This document shows, piece by piece, positions 56,973 to 64,000 of a stretch of 64,000 nucleotides of DNA. A program made the position numbers and the translations under genes. The DNA comes from Candidatus Syntropharchaeum sp. (GTDB lineage: Archaea; Halobacteriota; Syntropharchaeia; Syntropharchaeales; Syntropharchaeaceae). Numbering within the stretch: the stretch's first letter is position 1; each line of letters opens with the position of its first letter. The notes below the pieces were generated by a model. It ran no database searches. It had not been told where the DNA came from and saw only the letters and a program-made list of their open reading frames with translations. Location: the NCBI GenBank assembly GCA_026134025.1, contig JAOQII010000004.1, positions 19,409 to 83,408 of the forward strand, given 5' to 3'.

Positions 56973-58087
56973 TGGATCGAGAGTATGTCACGGATAAGAT
57001 CAGAAGAAGTATGGGAAGACGCATTCTGACCGATGAAGAGGTTTCCGGATGGTGGATAATTGGTGGGATCGTAACCTTCGGTCTTCTTTTCCTTCTGCTT
57101 TTTTTAAAGTTGATTCACCGGAGAAATGAGCATTTTAAACGACAGAAAATGCTTGAAGAGCAGATCATAGAACTCGTGGGTATCGATCTGAAAGATAAAA
57201 AGATGCTCGCCGATCTCAAGGCGATCCATAACGAAGGCTACGAGTCGGGTGAGTTTAAAGATCTATCATTCTTAAGAATTATCCCTGCAATCATTACACT
57301 TGGACTCTACATCGAATGGAGACTCACAAAAGATCTCATGATCCATGCAGAGAGACAGCGGCGATTCTTCTCATGCTATCTCGGACGAGAACTTGAGGAT
57401 ACAACTCCCCAGCGACCCACAGGGAAATATCTCGGACTGGGTGTTGTGACACTCGGGTTATTTGGGATCTACTGGACGAACCTTATCATAAAAGACTCGA
57501 ATGAGCACTTTAAAGATCAGTGGAAGCTTGAAGATCTACTGCCAGAAGCGGGCATGGAGATCGATGAGGGGGTAGATCCAGACTTCTATAAGAACATAAT
57601 CTTAACAACGGTTGATAAGTTCCTAAACTGGGGCAGGACGTGCTCCGTATGGCCAATGGCGTTCGGTACTGCCTGTTGCGCGATGGAGATGATGGCGACA
57701 TTTGCCTCACGTAATGATATGGATCGATACGGCATGATCTTTCGTAACTCACCCAGACAGGCAGATGTTCTCATTGTGGCAGGCACGATCACGCAGAAGA
57801 TGGCACCACGACTCAGGAGGCTCTATGATCAGATGGCTGAGCCGAAGTACGTCATAGCGATGGGCGCGTGTGCAATGACAGGCGGTCCCTTTGTCAACTC
57901 ATACAGCGTACTCAAAGGCGTGGATAAAGTCATACCTGTGGATATATATCTTCCGGGCTGCCCGCCGAGGCCAGAGGCACTCCTCAATGCGTTCCTCCAG
58001 CTTCAGGAACGGATGAAAGAGGAGCGCACAGTAACAAAGAAATTTGAAAGATGGATTTTAAAAGACCGTAAGGAGGTTGTAACATGA
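56969..58087 (+). CDS. fpoB: F420H2 dehydrogenase/complex I subunit B (NuoB-type, N2 cluster) with an unusual 200-aa membrane-associated N-terminal extension
   Basis: C-terminal 170 aa are canonical NuoB ([26 protein letters not shown]). The N-terminal part has a TM helix ([19 protein letters not shown]) and a second hydrophobic segment. Confidence 0.85.
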   Translation: MMDREYVTDKIRRSMGRRILTDEEVSGWWIIGGIVTFGLLFLLLFLKLIHRRNEHFKRQKMLEEQIIELVGIDLKDKKMLADLKAIHNEGYESGEFKDLSFLRIIPAIITLGLYIEWRLTKDLMIHAERQRRFFSCYLGRELEDTTPQRPTGKYLGLGVVTLGLFGIYWTNLIIKDSNEHFKDQWKLEDLLPEAGMEIDEGVDPDFYKNIILTTVDKFLNWGRTCSVWPMAFGTACCAMEMMATFASRNDMDRYGMIFRNSPRQADVLIVAGTITQKMAPRLRRLYDQMAEPKYVIAMGACAMTGGPFVNSYSVLKGVDKVIPVDIYLPGCPPRPEALLNAFLQLQERMKEERTVTKKFERWILKDRKEVVT

Positions 58088-58542
58088 GTGAAGAACTTCT
58101 CAATGAGTTTCCTCATGTGGTAAAATCCGAAGATGGACTTCTACTTGTCGAGGCTGATCAGATCATCGAGGTTTGCACATTCCTCAAAAATAAGGGCTTT
58201 GACTTCCTTGAGGCGATATCAGGCGCTGACTTTGAGGAATATCTGGAAGTAATATATAATATTGCGTCTTACTCGAAGCCAGATCGGGTAATGCTCACCG
58301 TGAGAATCTCGAAGGATAATCCGATACTGCCAACTGTCACCTCACTCTGGCATGGTGCGAACTGGCATGAACGGGAAGCGTACGATATGTTCGGGATAAA
58401 GTTCAAAGGACATCCCAAACTCGCAAGAATCCTTTTGCCAGATAGCTGGGATGGATATCCACTCTTGAAGAGCTATCCACTGGATAAGGAGCAGAAGGTA
58501 GAGCTTGAGGATGAGACGGGGGTGGAGATATGTCAGATATAA
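58084..58542 (+). CDS. fpoC: F420H2 dehydrogenase/complex I subunit C (NuoC-type, 30 kDa)
   Basis: [23 protein letters not shown] signature. Confidence 0.85.
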   Translation: MSEELLNEFPHVVKSEDGLLLVEADQIIEVCTFLKNKGFDFLEAISGADFEEYLEVIYNIASYSKPDRVMLTVRISKDNPILPTVTSLWHGANWHEREAYDMFGIKFKGHPKLARILLPDSWDGYPLLKSYPLDKEQKVELEDETGVEICQI

Positions 58543-59636
58543 GAAAGGTTGTAGAGATCCCGATCAATATGGGTCCTGCTCATCCTGCAACACACGGTGT
58601 TCTGAGGCTCAGGCTCAAGCTTGAAGGTGAGATCGTTAGAGAGGTCGATCCAGTCATCGGGTACCTCCACCGCGGCATTGAGAAACTTGCAGAATCACTG
58701 ACTTACCCACAGTTCATCCCATACACAGACCGGCTCGATTATGCCGGAAGCATGCTCAACAACCTCGGTTATGTTAAAGCAGTAGAGGAACTTCTTGGAA
58801 TTGAGGTCCCAGAGCGAGCTGAGTACCTCAGGGTGATGACGACAGAGCTTTCAAGGATTGCGTCTCACCTTGTATGGCTCTCTGCATGGGGGCTTGATCT
58901 TGGCGCGATGGCACCGTTTTTCTACTGTTTCAGGGAGCGAGAAGAGATCTTAAATATCTTTGAGATGCTCTGCGGTGCGAGGATAACATTTTCATACATG
59001 CGAATCGGCGGTGTCTCAAAAGATATGCCAGAAGGCTTTGCCGACCGCCTGCAGAACTTCCTCGATATATTTCCTGAGAAGCTGAGTGAGTATGAGACGA
59101 TCTTGACCGAGAATGAAATCTTTCTGGCAAGAACGGTCGGAGTCGGGATACTACCAAAAGAAGATGCGATCGATTATGGTGTGACAGGACCTATTGCCAG
59201 AGCATCAGGACTTGAATACGATACGCGAAAGATTGAGCCCTACTCGATCTATGATCGGTTCGATTTCAGGATTCCTGTGGAGCATGGATGTGACGTCTAT
59301 TCCCGTTACCTCATTCGAGTTGAGGAGATGAAACAGAGTATGAAGATCGTTCAGCAGGCACTTGACAAGATTCCAGAAGGAGAAATCATGGCAAAGGTTC
59401 CGAAGAAGATAAAGCCAGAACCTGGAAGGGTTTATTCTCGTGTTGAAGGTTCTAAAGGTGAGCTTGGCTTTTTAATAATAAGTGATGGATCTGATAAGCC
59501 GTATCGGCTCAGGATTCGCTCACCTGCATACAGCAACGTCGCTGCACTGCCTGTCATGTGTGAGAATGCAAAGATTGCGGATGTTGTTGCGACCGTGGGT
59601 AGCCTGGATATATGTCTTGGGGAGATGGATAGATGA
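58530..59636 (+). CDS. fpoD: F420H2 dehydrogenase/complex I subunit D (NuoD-type, 49 kDa)
   Basis: NMGPAHPATHGVLRL N-terminus, RIGGV and C-terminal conserved regions. 368 aa. Confidence 0.9.
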   Translation: MSDIRKVVEIPINMGPAHPATHGVLRLRLKLEGEIVREVDPVIGYLHRGIEKLAESLTYPQFIPYTDRLDYAGSMLNNLGYVKAVEELLGIEVPERAEYLRVMTTELSRIASHLVWLSAWGLDLGAMAPFFYCFREREEILNIFEMLCGARITFSYMRIGGVSKDMPEGFADRLQNFLDIFPEKLSEYETILTENEIFLARTVGVGILPKEDAIDYGVTGPIARASGLEYDTRKIEPYSIYDRFDFRIPVEHGCDVYSRYLIRVEEMKQSMKIVQQALDKIPEGEIMAKVPKKIKPEPGRVYSRVEGSKGELGFLIISDGSDKPYRLRIRSPAYSNVAALPVMCENAKIADVVATVGSLDICLGEMDR

Positions 59637-60670
59637 CAACAACGATGTATGATTCACTTGTTGGAATCCTGAGTCAGCTGGGAGTCTATCAGATACTTTC
59701 AGGTTTTTTACCAGAGATTGTGATCAGGATAATGCTGGTACTTGCTATCGCGGGGGTTGTCGCGACCGTAGCATCGTTGATACTTGCATACCTGACATGG
59801 CTTGAACGGAAAGTCCTGAGTGATATTCAGCAGCGAATAGGGCCAATGCGAACAGGGCCACATGGACTCCTGCAGCCGATCGCGGATGGTATCAAGCTGC
59901 TCGTCAAGGAGGATGTTCACCCAAAGACGATCGATAAATGGGTCTTCCTGCTTGCACCAATCGTGATGTTTGTACCTGTCGTGGTCGTACTTGCTGTAAT
60001 TCCCTTCGGAAAAACCCTTGTTATGACAGATCTCAGCGTTGGGATCGTCTTCCTGCTTGCAGTCTCATCGCTTCCGACGCTTGGTATTATTATGGCTTCA
60101 TGGGCGCAGAATAACAAGTATGCGGTTCTTGCAGGGCTTAGAAGGGCGGCAGAGATCATAAGCTATGAAATATCGATGGTTCTCGCTGCCATAGGGGTAG
60201 TATTACTTGCAGGAACATTGAGTTTACCTGGAATCGTTGAAGCACAGACCGGATTACCTTATATTATTCTCCAGCCGCTTGGATTTCTGATATTCTTCAT
60301 CGGACTCCTTGCAGACCTTGGGAGAATTCCTTTCGACTTCCAGGAGTCTGAATCAGAACTTGTTGCAGGGTACACAACCGAATATTCAGGGATGAAATTC
60401 TCCTTCTTCTTCTTAGCTGAGTACCTTGAACTCTTTGTTGCAGGGGGAATTCTCACCACGCTATATCTTGGAGGCTGGAATGGGCCGTTCCTGCCGTCAT
60501 GGCTCTGGTTTGCTATAAAGACCTTTATCGTGATCTGGGTGATCCTCTGGATTCGTGCAACCTTACCAAGGGTCAGGATTGATCAGTTACTTGATATTGG
60601 ATGGAAGTGGCTCCTACCGCTTGCACTTCTGAATATTGCAATAACTGGCGGTGTGCTGGCGGTGATGTGA
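59633..60670 (+). CDS. fpoH: F420H2 dehydrogenase/complex I subunit H (NuoH-type membrane subunit)
   Basis: 8-TM protein with WLERKVLSDIQQRIGPMRTGPHGLLQPIADGIKL and FDFQESESELVAGY(T)TEYSG motifs. Confidence 0.9.
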   Translation: MTTTMYDSLVGILSQLGVYQILSGFLPEIVIRIMLVLAIAGVVATVASLILAYLTWLERKVLSDIQQRIGPMRTGPHGLLQPIADGIKLLVKEDVHPKTIDKWVFLLAPIVMFVPVVVVLAVIPFGKTLVMTDLSVGIVFLLAVSSLPTLGIIMASWAQNNKYAVLAGLRRAAEIISYEISMVLAAIGVVLLAGTLSLPGIVEAQTGLPYIILQPLGFLIFFIGLLADLGRIPFDFQESESELVAGYTTEYSGMKFSFFFLAEYLELFVAGGILTTLYLGGWNGPFLPSWLWFAIKTFIVIWVILWIRATLPRVRIDQLLDIGWKWLLPLALLNIAITGGVLAVM

Positions 60671-60683
60671 AGGATTATAATTT

Positions 60684-61472
60684 ATGACCGAGATTCCAAA
60701 GAATCATCCCCGCTACGAATCTTTGTCGCTGCGGGAAGAAATAACAAGATGCGTTGAAGCAGGAATTACCAGCAGGCAGGGACTCATCGCACACGGGAGA
60801 GGTGAGGCGATCGATTATCTCATCGGTGAAAAATCACTTCCAACTGCGTTAGAGGCAGAAGATGCGGCTGTTGCTCTTCTTTTAACTGCAGAAAGACCTG
60901 TAATATCTGTAAACGGCAATACCGCAGCACTGGCTCCGAAAGGGATCGTCGAGCTTGCAGAGCTTGTGGATGCAAAGATCGAAGTGAATCTCTTTCACAG
61001 GACAGAGGAGCGGATAGCAAAGATCAAAGAGCATCTTGAGAGCTATGGTGCCAGGGGTGTTCTTGGCCTGGAACCTAATGAGGTGATACCAGGTCTTTCA
61101 AGTGAACGTGCGAAGGTCTCAAGAGAAGGGATATTCAGTGCAGATACAGTGCTTGTGCCGCTTGAGGATGGGGATCGGTGTGAGGCGCTTGTTGCGATGG
61201 GAAAGAAAGTGATAGCGATCGATATTAACCCATTCTCCCGCACATCGAGGATGGCACACATCTCGATCGTGGATAATGTGATTCGCGCGATACCAAATAT
61301 GATTAAAAGCGCCAACGAGTTAAAGTATACACGGGTAATTGATCTGCTGTTCATGATTGAATGTTTTGAGAACAAGAAAAACCTGAAAAGCACGGTTGAA
61401 GAGATCAAGCGAGGTCTGGATGAGGGACGACTGGAAGAGAGTCAGGGCTATAGCAAACTATCAATTTGGTAG
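60684..61472 (+). CDS. Conserved archaeal protein, possibly 4-phosphopantoate--beta-alanine ligase (phosphopantothenate synthetase, COG1701)
   Basis: 262 aa. Size and overall pattern are consistent with archaeal PPS, but no diagnostic motif could be verified by eye. Confidence 0.4.
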   Translation: MTEIPKNHPRYESLSLREEITRCVEAGITSRQGLIAHGRGEAIDYLIGEKSLPTALEAEDAAVALLLTAERPVISVNGNTAALAPKGIVELAELVDAKIEVNLFHRTEERIAKIKEHLESYGARGVLGLEPNEVIPGLSSERAKVSREGIFSADTVLVPLEDGDRCEALVAMGKKVIAIDINPFSRTSRMAHISIVDNVIRAIPNMIKSANELKYTRVIDLLFMIECFENKKNLKSTVEEIKRGLDEGRLEESQGYSKLSIW

Positions 61473-61884
61473 GGGAGCTGGATCTGCTCTCTTCCCTGAT
61501 GAACCTGAGATTCGCCGCTCAAGAACAGGGCGTATAAGGCAGATCTTCTATAGGGGGGAGAGGATAGCAACACTTAAGACCGATGGGCTATTCACCTTAA
61601 GTATTGAGGGTGCTACAAGGTTGCACCACCACCTTCCATACCCAAAGATGCGTGTCGTTGTTGAGGATGATGCAGCCCCCTTCGTTCGTGATGGTAAGAA
61701 TGTATTTGCGAGGCATGTCGTCGAGGTCGATGATGATCTTCGCGCGTTCGATGAGGTCCTGGTCGTCGATCGATCCCGCAACCTGCTGGGCACGGGTAAA
61801 GCAGTTCTTTCAGCGTGCGAGATGCTTTCGTTTATGAGGGGTGTGGCGGTTGATGTTAGATCTGGAGTCGGAGGAGTTGAGTAA
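61420..61884 (+). CDS. PUA-domain RNA-binding protein
   Basis: MRDDWKRVRAIANYQFGRGAGSALFP N-terminus and C-terminal PUA-like beta region (GKNVFARHVVEVDDDLRAFDEVLVVD). Overlaps the upstream ORF end. Confidence 0.55.
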   Translation: MRDDWKRVRAIANYQFGRGAGSALFPDEPEIRRSRTGRIRQIFYRGERIATLKTDGLFTLSIEGATRLHHHLPYPKMRVVVEDDAAPFVRDGKNVFARHVVEVDDDLRAFDEVLVVDRSRNLLGTGKAVLSACEMLSFMRGVAVDVRSGVGGVE

Positions 61885-61885
61885 G

Positions 61886-62233
61886 ATGTTTCCTGGAATG
61901 GCGGGTGCCAACCCGAGAAAGATGAAACAGATGATGAAACAGATGGGGATCTCACTCGATGAGCTTGAGGATGTGCGTGAGGTCGTAATCAGGATGGGTG
62001 ATCGAGAACTGGTCTTTCCGGATGCGGTTGTCACGGTGATGAATGCACAGGGGACAACGCTCTATCAGGTTGTTGGAACGCCAGAGGAGCGATCACTGGG
62101 GCCTGAAATAGATGAGGAGGATCTTCAACTTGTGATCGAGAAGACCGGTGCAACGCGCGAAGAGGCAAAAGAAGCTCTGGAGAGTGCAAACGGAGATCTT
62201 ATCGAGGCAATAATGAAACTTGGTGGTGAATGA
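61886..62233 (+). CDS. nac: Nascent polypeptide-associated complex protein (NAC alpha homolog) with C-terminal UBA domain
   Basis: MFPGMAGANPRKMKQMMKQMGI N-terminus, NAC domain, C-terminal UBA (EEAKEALESANGDLIEAIMKL). Confidence 0.85.
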   Translation: MFPGMAGANPRKMKQMMKQMGISLDELEDVREVVIRMGDRELVFPDAVVTVMNAQGTTLYQVVGTPEERSLGPEIDEEDLQLVIEKTGATREEAKEALESANGDLIEAIMKLGGE

Positions 62234-62254
62234 TCAGTATCCATTCTTTTTGAT

Positions 62255-62339
62255 GCGGGGGTTGCCAAGCCAGGTCAAAGGCGCAGGGCTTAGGACCCTG
62301 TCTCGTAGGAGTTCGCGAGTTCGAATCTCGTCCCCCGCA
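62255..62339 (+). tRNA. tRNA-Leu (anticodon TAG), class II with long variable arm
   Basis: Acceptor GCGGGGG/CCCCCGC, anticodon stem CAGGG/CCCTG with loop CTTAGGA, long extra arm, T-loop GTTCGAATC. Confidence 0.85.
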
Positions 62340-62487
62340 TAGCCCTCCCTCAGGGGTTGCGAGCTAATTGCCAGAGAATCGATCCAAGATCAAGAATCAT
62401 TACGTCTTACTTGGCAACGATGACGTTCGACGATCTGGAGGCACCGGAGCAGGAACTCCAGCGTTTCAGAAATAGAGTCTTGGAATA

Positions 62488-62533
62488 TTATAAAAAGTGA
62501 TGGTCTGAGTATGAATGATTACGCAAGAGGTCT
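62488..62533 (+). repeat. 46-bp conserved element, copy B (ttataaaaAGTGATGGTCTGAGTATGAATGATTACGCAAGAGGTCT)
   Basis: Near-identical to 49357-49402. Located about 150 bp 3' of tRNA-Leu. Confidence 0.7.
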
Positions 62534-62548
62534 TTATCCTCTCATACA

Positions 62549-63376
62549 TCAGCCATACATATCCTTCAACCCTTCTCGTACAGCTTCCTCCATAACCTCA
62601 AGCGGCGGATCGACCCCCAGCCAGATCCTGAATGACTCCGCCCCCTGATAGACGAGCATCTTGACACCATCTATCGTCAGGCACCCTCTACGCTCTGCCT
62701 CACCAAGCAGCATGGTTTTTTGGGGGTTATAGACAAGATCAAATACGATCAGGTCCTCGTGAAGGAGGTCAGGGTCTATCGGAATTTTATCAACCTCCGG
62801 GTACATACCTACCGATGTTGTGTTTATGAGAATATCAGACTCGGCTATAACAGGTGCGATTCTCTCTCTTTCAAGACCGATTGCAGTAACACTCCCACCA
62901 AGCTCATCAGCCAGTCTTTCACCCTTTTCTTTTGTCCTGTTTGAGATTACAAGCTTGCAACCTGCCTCAACACAGGAGAAAGCTACTGCACGGGAAGCTC
63001 CACCTGCACCAAGCATCAGAACACGTTTATCTCCAAGATCAATACCTGCTGACCGAAGCGAACCTGTAACGCCAAACGCATCGGTATTGTATCCTTTTTC
63101 ACGGATGAAATCGATCGTATTTACCGCACCGATTCTTTCTGCAAGTGGATCGGGATCGATAAACGCCATCACAGCCTCTTTGTGTGGGACTGTGACGTTG
63201 AGACCCTGAATTCCAAGCGCCTTTGCACCACGGATTGCTTCGCTCAGATCTTCAGATTTCACGCGAAATGGGAGATACGTACACTCAAGCTCGAGCGCCC
63301 TGTATGCAGCATTGTGCATCCTCGGGGAGAGTGAATGCCCGATCGGGTCACCGATAACACCGAATATCCGCATCAT
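62549..63376 (-). CDS. aroE: Shikimate dehydrogenase
   Basis: IFGVIGDPIGHSLSPRMHNAAYRAL N-terminus, GAGGASRAV NADP-binding loop. 275 aa. Confidence 0.9.
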   Translation of the reverse strand: MMRIFGVIGDPIGHSLSPRMHNAAYRALELECTYLPFRVKSEDLSEAIRGAKALGIQGLNVTVPHKEAVMAFIDPDPLAERIGAVNTIDFIREKGYNTDAFGVTGSLRSAGIDLGDKRVLMLGAGGASRAVAFSCVEAGCKLVISNRTKEKGERLADELGGSVTAIGLERERIAPVIAESDILINTTSVGMYPEVDKIPIDPDLLHEDLIVFDLVYNPQKTMLLGEAERRGCLTIDGVKMLVYQGAESFRIWLGVDPPLEVMEEAVREGLKDMYG

Positions 63377-64000
63377 AGAAGCGCATCTCTTATGAGTCCT
63401 GCAACGCTCACGGAACTTGTAATTGTCTCGATCGTGTCTGTTGAGAACGGGCTGATTTTAGCCTTCTTAAGCCTCAAAAGTGCGTTCCTAACAAATACGC
63501 CGTGGATGCATCCTGCATAGATATTCCCTGCACCGTTTCGCTTCAGGAGATTTGCAGCTTCGATGATCGTCCCACCGCTTGAGATGATATCATCAACGAT
63601 TATAACATCCCTGTCTGCTACAGCAAGATCCCTGTCCTCGATTACGACCTCATCGTCACTTATTCGTTTCTTTCTAAGCCAGTCCCAATCAAGCTCACCG
63701 CCTGCTGCCACAGATGCTGCAAGTTCTTTTGCCCCACCATCGGGTGCAATAACAAGCGGATCCGTGAGGTTTAGCCCATCGATATAATCTCCGATAACTG
63801 CTGCAGCGTTAAGGTCACGTGCTGAAGATGTGAAATACTTCATCACACCAGGGTTGTGGATATTTATCGTAAATACGCGATCCGCTTCGATCGTTCTTGC
63901 AAGTGCACGGGCTGTTACCCCTTCCCCGGCTTTAAACCGCTTATCCTGCCTTGCGTATCCAAAGTAGGGAATAACAACTGAGATGCTATCTGCAACCACA
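63373..64000 (-). CDS. prs: Ribose-phosphate pyrophosphokinase (PRPP synthetase), C-terminal part; the N-terminus lies beyond the window end
   Basis: PYFGYARQDKR catalytic flexible-loop motif and DDIISSGGTI PRPP-binding motif. 4-nt overlap with the aroE start. Confidence 0.85.
   Translation of the reverse strand, partial: VVADSISVVIPYFGYARQDKRFKAGEGVTARALARTIEADRVFTINIHNPGVMKYFTSSARDLNAAAVIGDYIDGLNLTDPLVIAPDGGAKELAASVAAGGELDWDWLRKKRISDDEVVIEDRDLAVADRDVIIVDDIISSGGTIIEAANLLKRNGAGNIYAGCIHGVFVRNALLRLKKAKISPFSTDTIETITSSVSVAGLIRDALL

Overview
Gene-dense archaeal chromosomal segment of about 50% GC, most likely from a Methanosarcinales methanogen (Methanothrix/Methanosaeta-like). The archaeal assignment rests on SMC, archaeal DnaG, the rpoD ribosomal cluster, Sm/L37e, G1P dehydrogenase and Fpo/Nuo-type complex I genes. 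Housekeeping content includes the tpiA 3' part, the S13-S4-S11-RpoD cluster, smc, dnaG, leuS, a standalone 5S rRNA, Sm-like protein plus L37e, argB, aroE, prs, egsA, fpoABCDH, NAC-alpha, and tRNA-Ser, tRNA-Cys and tRNA-Leu. Accessory content includes: (i) a 1.6-kb islet flanked by a perfect 243-bp direct repeat that duplicates the smc 3' end and now supplies the 3' end of rpoD; the islet carries an interrupted HEPN gene and two small repeat proteins. (ii) A PEP-CTERM-type sorting-signal locus (three cargo proteins, a CPBP/CAAX protease, a HepT/MntA pair). (iii) A Pat-like fusion of an NDP-forming acyl-CoA synthetase with a GNAT acetyltransferase. (iv) A glucosyl/mannosyl-glycerate compatible-solute cluster. 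(v) A low-GC orphan DNA methyltransferase islet next to tRNA-Ser. (vi) A 46-bp conserved TATA-containing element present twice. No CRISPR array, integrase or transposase was recognised. All calls are from manual reading of the ORF translations and nucleotide sequence; no database searches were possible.
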